Source: the human T2T-CHM13v2.0 reference genome, Homo sapiens. From it: 64,000 nucleotides of DNA. The translations under genes were made by a program, and so were the position numbers. The stretch is taken from assembly GCF_009914755.1 (NCBI RefSeq), contig NC_060934.1; one strand, written 5' to 3'. The notes under the pieces are model-generated. The model did no database searches. It had not been told where the DNA came from and worked only from the letters and a program-made list of their open reading frames with translations. This document shows, in pieces, positions 49,580 through 62,194 of this stretch (positions are counted from its first letter, which is position 1; the number at the start of each line of letters is the position of its first letter).

Positions 49580-49848
49580 TCTGTCTGTCACCTAGGCTGG
49601 AGTGCAGTGGCACAATTGTAGCTCACTGTAACCTTGAAGTCCTGGGCTCAAGAGACACTCCCGCCTCGGCTTCCTGAGTAGCCGGGACTATGCTCAGCTA
49701 ATTTCTCCCTTTTTTTTTTTTTTTTTTTTTGTAGAGACAAGGTCTCACTACACTGCCCAGGCTAATCTTGAACTCCTGGCCTACAGTTATCTTCCTACCT
49801 TGACCTTTTAAAGTTCTGGGGCTATAGGCATGAGCCACAGTGCCCAAC
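49580..49848 (-). mobile_element. AluJ, partially deleted
   Basis: Reverse diverged dimer with expanded central poly(T). Confidence 0.85.
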
Positions 49849-51249
49849 CTTAAAAAAAAAATTATCCTTTTTCCTTATCATTTCAAAGAACTCTAGATGG
49901 TTACCTAGGGTTTTGGTCAAAGTGCACATCCTTTTGTGAGGATGGACTACTTTGCAGTTCCAGTGGCCAGCTGCTACCCACGAAATTCATAATTGGAACC
50001 CTACAAAAATCTAAGAAAGAGTGTAGTCTTGACAAAGTATGATGTCAAGATATATGGGTGGGTCTCAAATGACCACTGGAGTAATCCAACCTGTTTGATC
50101 ACTTTTAGAAACATCTAGAGAGCAAAGACCAACTCTTTCCTATGATATAGTTGGTGCCTGTTTTGTGTTTGAATTTTTGAAATAAGCTTAACCAGCAATG
50201 GTAGTGTCTATCGTACAAGTCTAAAATAGTGGAGGTGGTAGCAGAATACATACAGTGGGATGGGCCAAGGCTTACGACATGGCAATGAGGTTTGATTTCC
50301 TATAAATCCATCTCTGTGTTTATAACACATTCTATTGCTGTGTTATTCCTGGTGGTACTGTCTTAGTCATACCCACGGAACTTATCCAGTGCACTTGACT
50401 TAGAGACGCATTACCTGTGGGCACCCTTGAAACTTAGAGCCATGCGCTACAGTCCCCAAAGTTCCCTAGAGTAGTCTTAGACTCAGCCCTAGCTGTCACC
50501 CTAATGGCATAATGACTCCCCTACTGGTCTGTAACAGTGTCAGAAATCTGACTAGTAGGAGTTCATTGATTAGAGTTAAGGAGGTGTTTTTTTGTTTTTA
50601 AACAGATTTGAAACCAAGTCTTATTCAGAGGCCAAATATTCAAGCTCCTCCCACTCCCCCTACACCCACAAAAAGTAGAGCTGGAGAGCAAGTCAGATTG
50701 CCCCGGGGACAGGAGTGGGTCTGTCCATTCCCAGGGTGGCTCAGACCTCCTGGTGTGGGGCTTGGGGAACAGGGGCATCCATCCTGAGGCAACTTCACGG
50801 GGCCTTTAGTCTCTGAAGAACTGAAGTTTTCACAGTCTGAAAACAGGTTTTGGGGAAAGAAAACCACAGTATTTTGAAGATGTCTCAATTCATATTGCCA
50901 TTCTCTTGGGAAAAGTTACACATTGAATCAACCTCAGTGATTAATTCCCAATCGTAAATTCATTTGTCAGGTTGGCCAGCTGAGCCCACAGGAAAGCAGC
51001 CATCCACAGTGTCAAGTTAATAGAAGATGGAGAGGACTAGCTATTTCAGATTTTCTCACACTTCAGTGGGCATTAGGATCACCTGGGGAGCATGTCAAAT
51101 CTCAGATTCCCAGAGGCCACCACACCCCTAATTCTGCAGACCTCGACTAAGATCAAGAAAATTTTATTTTAACATGTTTTTCAGGTAAGGTTCCCAGGCT
51201 GGTGGTGAGAGCTACACTTTGAAAAACACTGGTAAAAACATTGTAGACC

Positions 51250-51522
51250 CAGTTATAGGAAATATCCAGAACAGGTAAATCTGTAGAGACAGAACACAGA
51301 TCAATGGGTACCAGGGCTGGGAAAAAGGGAAATGGGAAGTGAATTAATGGGAACAGAGTTTCCTTTTGGGGAGATGAAAAAGTTATGGAACTAGAGAGAA
51401 CCGATGGATGTGTGCTGTGAATGTACTTAATGACTCTCATTGTATACTTTAAAATGGTTAAAACAGTACATTTTATGTAATGTCTATTTTACTGCAAGTT
51501 TTAAAATAAACAAATAAATAAA
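51250..51522 (+). mobile_element. L1MB-like 3' end
   Basis: atatccagaacaggtaaatctgtagagacagaa..tttccttttggggagatgaaaaag..tactttaaaatggttaa, A tail. Confidence 0.8.
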
Positions 51523-52114
51523 AACACTGCACACATTTAAAACCTCTGCTGCCATCATCACCAGTGAGCTGACCAAGTCTATGTTTGATTTGCTTTGTGT
51601 TTCTGCGTGGTCTTAGCTTTGTGGCTGGTTACCCCTTGTGGGTAAATGTGTAAGTCAGCTTAGGAGTTTGAATCTTTACCCCTGTGTTGTTTGGCTCTTG
51701 TGTCTTCATCTTACTTTCTATGGCCCCCAGGTAAGAAGATGGAGAATAATGTATCCATTTGCTGCTTTTAGTTTACTGCAATATGTGGTCATTTAGATGG
51801 CACATAATATCACCAGTGCGGTCCCACTTTACACAAAAAATAAGTAGGGTCAGACTGTATTGGTAGAGTGAAATTAATATGGTTAATTTGATTAAAATGA
51901 GACCTTTAAGTAATAGAACCCTCACATAATTTATCATGAGAAGAGGAGTGAGTTTGAAAACTTTTTGTGGCACATGTGTGCTGGGTTTCTTATTAGCAAT
52001 GTAGTTACAGTCATTGGCCACTGTAGAGATTAGTCACTTTTATTTTACAATAATCAAGCAGTTCAAATCTGCTCACCTTTTCTGTGATAAGTGGCTATCA
52101 ACAGTATGCTAACA

Positions 52115-55100
52115 GATTTTTAAACTTATTTTGGAATCATTTTAGATTTATAGAAAAGTCGTGCAGAGAGTCCAGAGTCCCACATACCTTTTTCCCAGCT
52201 TCCCTAACATGAGCATCTTACACATCCACAGCATGTCTGTCAAAACCAAGAAAGTAACATTGGTGCAATATATTAACTGCAGGCTTTATTCAGCTTTCAC
52301 TCGTTTTTCTAATATGTCCTTTTTCTATCCCAGGATCCAATCCAGGACACCGCATTGCTTTTAGTTCTCACACTTCCTTAGTCTCTTCCAGTCTAGCGTT
52401 TTCTCAGCCTTGCTTTTCTTGACTTTGACATACTTGAGGAGCAGTGGTCAGGTATTTTGTGGATGTCCATCCTTTGGGGTTTTATTTATGTTTTCTCATG
52501 ATTTGAGTGGGGTTATGGATTTCGGGGAAAGAAAACCACAGAGGTGAGGTGCCCTTCTTGTCATGTCCTATCAGGGGGACCTAACATGACTCATCCCTGA
52601 TGAGGTTAACCTGGATCACTTGGCTAAGATAGAGTCCGCTGGGTTTCCTCACCAGAAAGTCGCCATTTTCCCCTTTCTGCATTCTATCTGTGGGAAGCAA
52701 GTCAGTCAGTCGAGCCCCTACTCAAAGGGAGGAGAATTAAGCTCCATTTCCTGGAGGGGGATTTTCTACATAGATTACTTAGAATTCTTCTGAGAGACAG
52801 ACTTGTTTCTTGTCCTCAGATATTTATTTATTCAATCATTTATTTATATCAGTATGTCCTCATATATATTTATTTTATTCTGTGTGTTAGAATCCAGTAC
52901 TATCGTTGTTTATTTTGTTGTGCGATTGTCTCAGTTTAGGCCATCGGGGGGTTTTCTCAGTTTGGTTCCTGTGTCTCTTCGACATGTGCCTCCCCCACCC
53001 TCAGCATTTCCTTATTCTTTGGCACCAACAAGATACCCCAAGCTCATTTTGCATTTTCCCTGACTCAGTTCTGCAATCAGCTTCTTTTCTAAGGAGTCCT
53101 GGTTTCTTTTACTGGAGAATAAAATGGTATTAGAAGCAAGTCTGTGTATTGAGAATGCCCATAGCTACTGGAGTGCCACTGTTTCTAGGTAGATGGACAG
53201 ATTTATATTAATGTCTCCAACTCTAATCCAGTGTCACAGAGTTCAATTCTAGTCTTTCTCTTTTGCTTGTTTTTAACTTCTCTCTCTGACAGTGTGAAAT
53301 CTGGCTCCCATCATCTGCAATGTTTTTCTTCATTTGCTTAATGCTAGTTTACATGTAGTTTCAGAATTGCTAACTCTTACCCCAGGGAGAAGGGAATTCA
53401 CCAACTGAAGTACAGTGTTTATGTACAGATTGTTTTGTCTTTAGACTTTAGATATTCAGTCAAAACACTGTTTTCTAAAGTTACCTGGATCCGCATCTCT
53501 TTTCCCACGCCTTCAGTGAGGTTATGTTATACGTTTGTAATACAGTTAGGTCTTTTTCTCACAGACTAAATTCTATCCTGGTATTCCCCAACATCCTGGA
53601 TGATTTTTTTAAAGTTTGCATACAATGAAGTTCCCCCTTTGTGGTGTACGGGTCTACAGATTTTGACAAATTCATGAAGCCATGTTTCTACTACCCCAGT
53701 ATCATAGAGAACAGTTCCAATGACCTAAAATAAAATAGAATGTGTGTGGTTCCTTTGTAGTCAATTTCTCCTCTAACCCTTGACAATCACTGAACTGTTT
53801 TCCATCCCTATAAATTTTGCCTTTTCCATAATGTCGTATATATGGAATTATATATAATACGTATATATAATAGTAATCTTTTGGGTCTGCCTTCTTTTAT
53901 TTAGCAAAATGCATTTAAGATTCATCCTCATTGTTGCGGGAATCAAATAGCTCATTCCTTTCATTGCTGAGTAGTATTCCATTGTATGGATAGATCATAG
54001 TTTTTGAATATATTTGCCTGCTGAAGGTCATCTTTGTTGCTTCCAGTTTTCATTGATTATGAATAAAGCTGCTATAAACATGGGTTAGCTTGTTTTTGTG
54101 TGAATGTAAGTTTTTTATTCACTTGAATAAATACATAGGAGTATAATTGTCGGTTTATGTGATAAGTCCATGTTTAATTTTATGAGAAACTGACTAACTG
54201 TTTTCCAAAGTGACTGTACCATTTGTATTTCCACCAGTGATAAATTGGAGTTCTTACAGTTCTGTGTCTTCATCATTTGGTTTCATCTAATTGATTTTAG
54301 CAATTCTAATTAGTGAGAAGTGATATCTAATTGTGGTTTTATTTACTCTTTCCTGGTGACAATGATATTGATCATCTTTTCATATGCTTGTCATTTGTAT
54401 ATCTTCTTTGAAATGTCTGCTTAAATCATTTGCCCTTTTTTTAATTGGGTTATATGCTTGCTTATAGTTGAATTCTAAGAGTCCTTTATATATTCTGAAT
54501 ACAAGGCTTTCATCTCATCAGACATTGATTTGTAAATATTTCTTCCAATCTGTAGCTAATCTTTTCATTCCCTTAACAGTGTCTTTCAAAGAGCAAAAGT
54601 TTTAAATTTTGATCAAATCCAACTAATCAGTTTTTTTTTCTTCCTTTCATGGATTGTGCTTTTGATGTTATATCTAAAATTTCATTGCCAAACCCAAGGT
54701 CCTGCAGATTTTTTATATTTAACTTAAAGAATTTCATCGTTTCACACTTTTTACATTTAGGCTTTTGATCCATCTTGAATTAATTTTTGTATGAGATATA
54801 AGGTATGTATTCTTCAATATGCCTTATGCCTTGTTTTATTTTTGTTGTTTTCGTTGTTTTGCACATAGACAGTCTTATTTTAGTACCATGTGTTAAATGG
54901 AACATCATCTTTCCATTGAATTTAATTTGCATCTTTATAAAAAGCTACTTGACTACATATGTGTAACACTATTTCTAGGCTCTCTATTTTGTTACACTGT
55001 CCTATGTGTCTGTTTCCACAAATATCATCCTGTCTTGATTACTACAGCTTTATATTAAGTTCTAAAATCAAGCAATATGAGTCCTTCAATTTTATTATTC

Positions 55101-55500
55101 TTCTGAATAGTTTTGCCTACTCTAGTCCCTTTGCCTTTTCATATAAGTTTTAGGACCCTCTTATTGATATTTTCTAAACAATTTTTCTGGGAGTTTAAAT
55201 GGGATTCCACTAAATCTATGTATTAAATCTTAATAATATTGACTCTTCAAATTCATGAATATGGTGTGTCTTTTTCATTTACTCAGGTCTTCTTTAATTT
55301 TCCGTCTGTCTTATAGTTGTCAGTATATATATCCTGCACATATTTTGTTAGGTTTAAATTTAAGTACTTCATTTGCATTTGTGTACTATTGTAAATGGAT
55401 TTTTTTTTATTTCAAACTCTTATTTTCTATTCCTAGTATATAAGATTGTAAATGGCTTTTGTATATTTACGTCATATCTGAAAACTTGCTAAGCAAGCAT
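52115..55500 (-). mobile_element. L1MC-like element, about 3.4 kb (3'UTR plus ORF2 end)
   Basis: tcccaggatccaatccaggacaccgcattg..ttccagttttcattgattatgaataaagctgctataaaca..cttgattactacagctttata. Confidence 0.8.
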
Positions 55501-56768
55501 TTTTGAAAAAGAAAAAGACAATCCGTCTCTATTTTCTCACTGGTAAGATCCCTATTTCAAAGCATTTTGAAAAAGATGTTTGAGGGAAAAACCTATACAT
55601 TTTCTCATATTATAGACTGTTCACAAGAAGTCCACTAATGGCTTCTAAAGATAAAAAAGACCCTCAAGCAGCTTGAAATAACGAAAGTTGAAATTGAAAC
55701 TCTGCTGAAAAATTATGTTTCATCTCTAATATTGAGAAATATTGAAACATTTGATAACACAGTGTGCTATCTTCCTGATACAAGCCCATGTGAAAGGCAA
55801 TTTGGCAAATATCTAGCAAAATTACAAAATTATACCCTTTGATCCAGCAAGATATTCTTGTAAAGTTACAAATGACATATGTACAAAATTACTGGTTGTA
55901 ATATGTTTACAATAGAAGAATAAAATAAGTGTGCATCAATATGAAATTGGCTAAGTATGCTATGTTGTATCTGTATAATGCAATACTATATGAACTTCAA
56001 AATAGATTTCAACAAAACCTTTGCATTATTGGCAGATGGAATTTAAGAAAATATAACGATTAGTTAGGTGCAGCCAACAATAAACTTCTACTTAGATCTA
56101 CATATTCTAATGAGAATTCATTTCAAATGTGTCACTAAATCTGAACATTGAAATAAATAGACCTTGAAAACAGCCCTTTAGTTATTGATTCACAAAGTGT
56201 TAAGCCAAATTTTTCAAAAATAATAAAATCATGTTATTACAAAAATATTTTATTAATAATAATTTGACTATAGCAAATGTGCTGTTAATAAATTTTTAAT
56301 GTTAATTTCACCTCTATGTCATTAATTTTCAAATTTTAGTTTTATGTATGTTGATAATTTATGTAGCATATTAGTACTGAGGTACAGAAGTATGATTTAT
56401 AACTCAATGTACATCTAAAGAGGATACATGCTTAACTTTCTTTATTAATGGAATTTGTGATAAAGTTTGCAGACTGTTGCCTCAGAGAAGAGCTCTCACT
56501 TGGACAGGAGGCCCTGGCCAAGTTGTGTAATGAGGAGGGTTGTTGAGGGGAAAAGACAAAAAACAAGAGGTATTAAGCCCCAGAAGACAGTTATCACCTG
56601 CCTCAGAACACAAGCATGCAGGATGATATAGCTTTTAGTGCCAAGAAGTAGAATTCTACCATCTCTAGGTGGTGAGAAACAAAGGATTAAGAATTTTTCT
56701 TTCTCTAACACTCTAAAGAAATGTTCTTGAGCTAGGAAAGGATTACTCGCGCCTCGTTAGAATCAGAC

Positions 56769-56819
56769 ATGGCTTCAGGGGATGCAGGACGCTCCCCTGA
56801 GCTGCCTGTCACCGACTAG
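56769..56819 (+). promoter_or_regulatory. Upstream ORF (MASGDAGRSPELPVTD*) in LYZL1 exon 1
   Basis: gacATGg (purine -3, G +4), 16 codons, TAG 56817-56819; out of frame with and overlapping ATG 56782. Confidence 0.55.
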
Positions 56820-56894
56820 GTGGAGCAGTGTTTCTTCCGCAGACTCAACTGAGAAGTCAGCCTCTGGGGCAGGCACCAGGAATCTGCCTTTTCA
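56782..56894 (+). CDS. LYZL1: LYZL1 exon 1 coding part (N-terminal extension of long isoform; 5'UTR for the short secreted isoform)
   Basis: ATG 56782 gives MQDAPLSCLSPTRWSSVSSADSTEKSASGAGTRNLPF+CA; donor TCA|GTAAGA at 56894/5; phase 2 matches the acceptor at 59523 (CA+G=Gln) and stays in frame with ATG 59548. Confidence 0.75.
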
Positions 56895-57074
56895 GTAAGA
56901 CCTAAATTACTCTTATGAAGCCAACTGTCTCTGAGAACCAGCAATGGCAGGTTCTTGAAGGATGTAGAACATGATGCTTGGGGTTATCATTGCTGCGGGT
57001 TTTCTTTGGACTTGTTTGAGATCAGTAAAATTCTAAGGCAGGGGATGGAAACCAACTCTATTTGTAAGCTCTGT

Positions 57075-57398
57075 ATCTTTTTTTCTTTTTTCTTTTCTTT
57101 TCTTTTTTTTTTTTTAGACAGGGTCTCTCACTCTGCTGCCCAGGCTGGAGTGCAGTGTCACAATCATGGCTCACTATGGCCTCAAACTCCCAGCCTCAAG
57201 TGATCCTCCCACCTCAGCCTCCCCAGTAGCTGGGACCACAGGCACACACCACCATGCCTGGCTAATTTTTGTATATTTTGTAGAGGCAGGGTCTACCTTT
57301 GCTGCCCAGGCTAGTCTCAAACTCCTGGCTTCAAGCAATCTGCTCACCTCAGCCTCCCAAAGTGCTTGGATTACAGGTATCACCCACCATGCCTGGCC
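57075..57398 (-). mobile_element. AluJ (LYZL1 intron 1)
   Basis: Reverse dimer, TSD agctctg(t/c)atctt. Confidence 0.92.
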
Positions 57399-57464
57399 TT
57401 AGCTCTGCATCTTAAACCTCGTTTGTCTGTCCCTCACAGCTTAACACAGTGCTGTACACCACGG

Positions 57465-57657
57465 ACTGGCATGCTCTCTCTGAAAAGGGCCAGATAATAA
57501 TATGTTAGGCTTTGTGGTCTATACGGCCTTAAACACAATTACTCAACTCTGCCACTGTAGTTGGAAATCAGCCACCAATGATATATTACCAAATGGGTGT
57601 AGCTATGTTTCAATAAAACTTTACATACAAAAGCGGGCCTGGTTTGCCCACGCTTGC
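57465..57657 (+). mobile_element. MER58A-like hAT-Charlie
   Basis: aaagggccagata..actcaactctgccactgtag..tgtttcaataaaacttta. Confidence 0.75.
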
Positions 57658-58238
57658 TATTCATGTTTGTAATGTACATGCCCCTCATGCAATGCAGTTC
57701 CTTACCTTATTGCTTAGTCACCTTAAAGCCCTGCTTGTTACTCGGTGCGGTGGCCTTGCTGATGACTACTTATCCCTGTTTTGGGCCTAGCCTTTCAATG
57801 CAGGAATCCAGCCCCAGGGAGAGAAACTAATGACTGGAGAAGTTTCTAGGCAAGTGCAGAAAATGACACCGGATGAACATATGTAAGAACATCAAGTTCA
57901 GGATCCCGAGTAGTTGTCAGAAATTTCACTTCACCCCATCCCAGCAAGGCTGTTGTATTTAGGGAAGACATTATTTCAAGAGGGGAAGAGATTGTGGAAA
58001 ATCAGTAGGCAGCAGGAGACAGCTCTCTTGATCCTACTCCCATTTCAGATGATTCCGCAGGGGTCTCTTTATTGCCCCTCTGCTCCCCCAGGTGCTTTCC
58101 TCCTTTCGTGAGGCATCGTCTTCTATCCCTCTTGCTCCCCAGTCAGGCGCCAGACTTTTAGGAGGCCCCCTGGAGCACTGGTGGTGAAGCTTAGCAAAGC
58201 AATGCATTTGCAATCTAAGATAAAACACTCATATTTTG

Positions 58239-58540
58239 GGCTGGGCATGGTGGCTCACACCTGTTATCCCAGCACTTTGGGAGGCCGAGGTGGGCAGATC
58301 ACAAGGTCAGGAGTTTGAAATGAGCCTGACCAACAATGTGAAACCTCATCTATGCTAGAAACACAAAAATTAGCCAGGTGTGGTGGTGGGCGCCTGTAAT
58401 CCCAGCTACTCAGGAGGCTGAGGCAGGAGAATCGCTTGAACCTGGGAGGCAGAGTTTGGAGTGAGCCCAGATGGCGCCACTGCACTCCAGCCTGGACAAC
58501 AGAGTGAGATTCCATCTCAAAAAATAAATAAATAAATAAA
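58239..58540 (+). mobile_element. AluS (LYZL1 intron 1)
   Basis: Full dimer, TSD aaaacactcatattttg / aaagcactgatactttg. Confidence 0.94.
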
Positions 58541-58722
58541 AGCACTGATACTTTGGAAGCAAAGCTCCCACATTTGGAACTGAATCAAGAAAAGAAAATG
58601 AAAGAGTAGGTGCTTAATCTTCACTCTTCGATAAACCCCCAAACAATAACCCTTAAAGTTTTCCATACAGGCCCACGTGTCTTTCATCTGTGGCTGAAAT
58701 GGGCTGTCTGTTTCTACACATC

Positions 58723-59165
58723 CAGTTGATCCTTGAACAAATGTAGGGGTCACGGGCACCGACGCCTGCTCAGTTGAAAATCTGCATGTAACTTTTGACT
58801 CCCCAGAAACTTAACGACTCCATAGCCTACTGCTGACTGGAAGCCTTACTGATAACATAAATAGCCAATAAACACATATTTTTTATGTTCTATGTCTTCT
58901 GTACTGGATTCTTACAATAAAGTAAGCTAGAGAAATGAAATGTTATTCAGAAAAGAATAAGGAAGAGAAGATACATTTACTATTTGTTAAGTGGAAGTGG
59001 ATCATCATAAAGGGCTTCATCCTGGTTGTCTTCACACTGAGCAGGCTGAGGTGGAGGAGGAAGAGGAGGGGTTGGTCTTGCTGTCTCGGGGTGGCAGAGG
59101 CAGAAGAAAATTCACGGATAAATGGACCCACGCAGTTCAAACCCATGATGTTCAAGGGTCAGCAG
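58723..59165 (-). mobile_element. Tigger2a/MER28-like DNA transposon
   Basis: TIRs cagttgatccttgaaca / tgttcaagggtcagcag; reverse-complement homologue of 46580-47377. Confidence 0.88.
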
Positions 59166-59522
59166 TATAGGGAATGTTTCACCCCTGTATTCTATTTTTC
59201 ATTCATAGAATTAAAATAGAAATCCTAAAAATGCCCCCTGTGGTTTTCACCTGGATGTGTATTAAGGAGGGTTAATTTTTTTGCTTGCTTAACCCTGAGA
59301 ACACAGCATTGACTTGAAAGTTACTGTATGGAAAAGCATTAAGGAAACAGCCTTCAGTTGCCTTCCTTCCCTGGACCGTAGAGTGGCCGGTTTTCCCTGA
59401 TGGTGGCACTGAATGACCAAAGTGACAGGCAGCATCTAGGCAGGGCTGTGCACAGTCACCACCGCTGGATTTCAAAGTTCCTGAATCAAGATCATCTGAC
59501 CTGTTCTCCGGCTCTTTGGCAG

Positions 59523-59686
59523 GTTCTGTCTCCGGCAGGCTTTGAGGATGAAGGCTGCGGGCATTCTGACCCTCATTGGCTGCCTGGTCACAGGCGCCGA
59601 GTCCAAAATCTACACTCGTTGCAAACTGGCAAAAATATTCTCGAGGGCTGGCCTGGACAATTACTGGGGCTTCAGCCTTGGAAACT
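59523..59686 (+). CDS. LYZL1: LYZL1 exon 2 (main start ATG 59548; signal peptide and first helix of lysozyme-like protein)
   Basis: Acceptor ctctttggcAG|G at 59522/3; [19 protein letters not shown] (signal peptide) [27 protein letters not shown], homologous to the c-type lysozyme N-terminus; donor T|GTGAGA at 59686/7. Confidence 0.95.
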
Positions 59687-60198
59687 GTGAGACTCTTTCT
59701 TTCCTGCTCTCCTTCTGTCCTTGACCTTTCCCCTGAGATGTTGAAGGTCCTGGCCACACTCCCTGCTGTGTCTTCCCAACTACCCCTGCTCTGCCCTCAC
59801 CGCACTCAGGGGTGGCTGCTAGCCTAACTGTGGCTCTCTGGGTCTCCTCTCCTTCCTCCCCTGCCCCTCATTTCCTTATTCCTGGAGTCCTGTCCTTATG
59901 ACACTAGCCAGGGAAGGGGAAAATAATGCCACCTCTGCTGGCATTGTGGGGAGTGGGGGGACCTGACTGTTGGTCTAGATTAGGCTCAGCCCCTGACTGG
60001 GTGTACAGCTTCAGGTGTGCCATCCCAGCCCCCGATGTGCCCCTCGTGTGCCCCCTGGGCGCATGCCCGCCCTGCCCTGCCCAAGGTGTATTGGGAGGAA
60101 GCAGTCAGGTAACAAGGATAAGGAAACTCGCCCTCAGACCAAGCTTAGAGCAAAAGATGCACTTCCTTTGCTGGCGTTTCTGGCTTTCCCCCCTCCAG

Positions 60199-60357
60199 GG
60201 ATCTGCATGGCATATTATGAGAGCGGCTACAACACCACAGCCCCGACGGTCCTGGATGACGGCAGCATCGACTATGGCATCTTCCAGATCAACAGCTTCG
60301 CGTGGTGCAGACGCGGAAAGCTGAAGGAGAACAACCACTGCCATGTCGCCTGCTCAG
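60199..60357 (+). CDS. LYZL1: LYZL1 exon 3 (catalytic exon, glycoside hydrolase family 22)
   Basis: Acceptor ttccccccTccAG|GG; [53 protein letters not shown] contains E54 and D71 (mature E35/D52) and the DYGIFQINS signature; donor CAG|GTGAGG; 159 nt, phase 1-1. Confidence 0.96.
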
Positions 60358-60754
60358 GTGAGGCTCTGACTTTCCAGTGATGCCATCCTCAGGACTAGGC
60401 GAGAAAGCCGACAATGGGATCACCAACCATGTCTTGCTTTAACTAAAATTTGGAGTTCAGGCTTGCAAATAGGTCTGTTCCAGATTGGTAAATTATGCAA
60501 CAGTTTCCAAGGTGACACTCAGGATCCTGTGGCTGACTTCTCCAAAGATGACTTATTCCTTGTAGACAGTTTTATGAAGCCCCCACTAAAGCAGGTGGAT
60601 GGACAAACAACCCTACTGCCCTTTCATGTTAGAGATATTTGATGTCTTCAGTAAGAAAAAGGAAGCTGCCTGCCAGCTGCTTTCCATAAGCAATTCGCTC
60701 AGAGGATGCAGTTTGTACTTCTTAGTGCAGAATGAGATGAATACACTTTAGGTT

Positions 60755-61102
60755 TCTTTCTTTTCTTTTCCCTTTTTCTTTTCTTTCTTTTTTTTTCTTT
60801 TCTTTTCTTTTTTCTTTTTTTTTTTTTTTTGAGACAGGGTCTCACTCTGTTGCCTAGGCTGGAATGCAGTGATGTGATCATAGCTCATTGCAGTCTTGAC
60901 CTCCAGGCCCCAAGCGATCCTCCCTCCTCTGGGTAGCTAGAACTATAGGCACACGCCCGGCTATTTTGTAATTTTTTTGTAGAGACAGAGTCTGGCTATG
61001 GAGTCCCGTTATGGGGTCCCACCTGGGCTGGTCTTGAACTCCTGGCCTAAGGAGATTCTCCTGCCTCGGCCTCTCAGAGTGCTATAGTTATTGGTGTGGG
61101 CC
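60755..61102 (-). mobile_element. AluJ (LYZL1 intron 3)
   Basis: Reverse diverged dimer with long T/C tail; small internal duplication tatgg(a/g)gtccc. Confidence 0.88.
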
Positions 61103-61369
61103 AGTATATTTAGCTAGCCACATGTCTTAAACATTAGAAATTAAGCTAGAATTTACTTTCATGTCTTCTACTTTAGTCATTCCAGAAATACATATGAGCA
61201 CAGCATTGAGGATAACAAAATACATCAGGCATGAATTCTGCTTTACCGAACTTTCATGTGACATGACAAGAAAAGAGAATATGTGCTTACATGAAGTTAA
61301 ATCATGTAAGGAGGAGTGCGCTGAGTGCCATGGGCTTCAGAGGAAAGTGACAGTATTAAGAAAACCATG

Positions 61370-61932
<563 letters not shown>

Positions 61933-62194
61933 CTAAGAGGCTTTCACTGATTTCTGCCTGCAAGAGGAAACCAAGAGAGGTCAGTTAATTAAGCATTGCT
62001 TCAGCAAGATCAATCTGCAAGCAGGGTGTGGGATAGATTAAAGCAGAGACCATTTAAGTGTCACCACAGTTATTGAGCTAAGTGCCATAAAAAGACTGAA
62101 TGATGGTCATGGTTGGTGACATGGAGAAGACTGATGCAAGAGATGCTGAACAGGCAGAGGGCAGAGCTCAGTCAAAGGCATCTTCTCTGTGCTG

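Noticed and set aside
46580-59165. Large inverted homology between 46580-47377 and 58723-59165 as a composite transposon around the LYZL1 promoter
   Set aside because: Each copy has its own pair of TIRs and different internal structure; these are independent Tigger2-family insertions.
59272-60344. Antisense and alternative-frame ORFs over LYZL1 exons (59272-59757, 59926-60324, 60105-60344)
   Set aside because: Shadow ORFs of GC-rich exons; no recognisable protein similarity.
59548-60357. Assignment to LYZL2 or LYZ
   Set aside because: LYZ differs widely in sequence; the exon-1 residues R13 and G29 fit my recollection of LYZL1. The clearest discriminating residues are in exons 4-5 outside the window, so some uncertainty remains.
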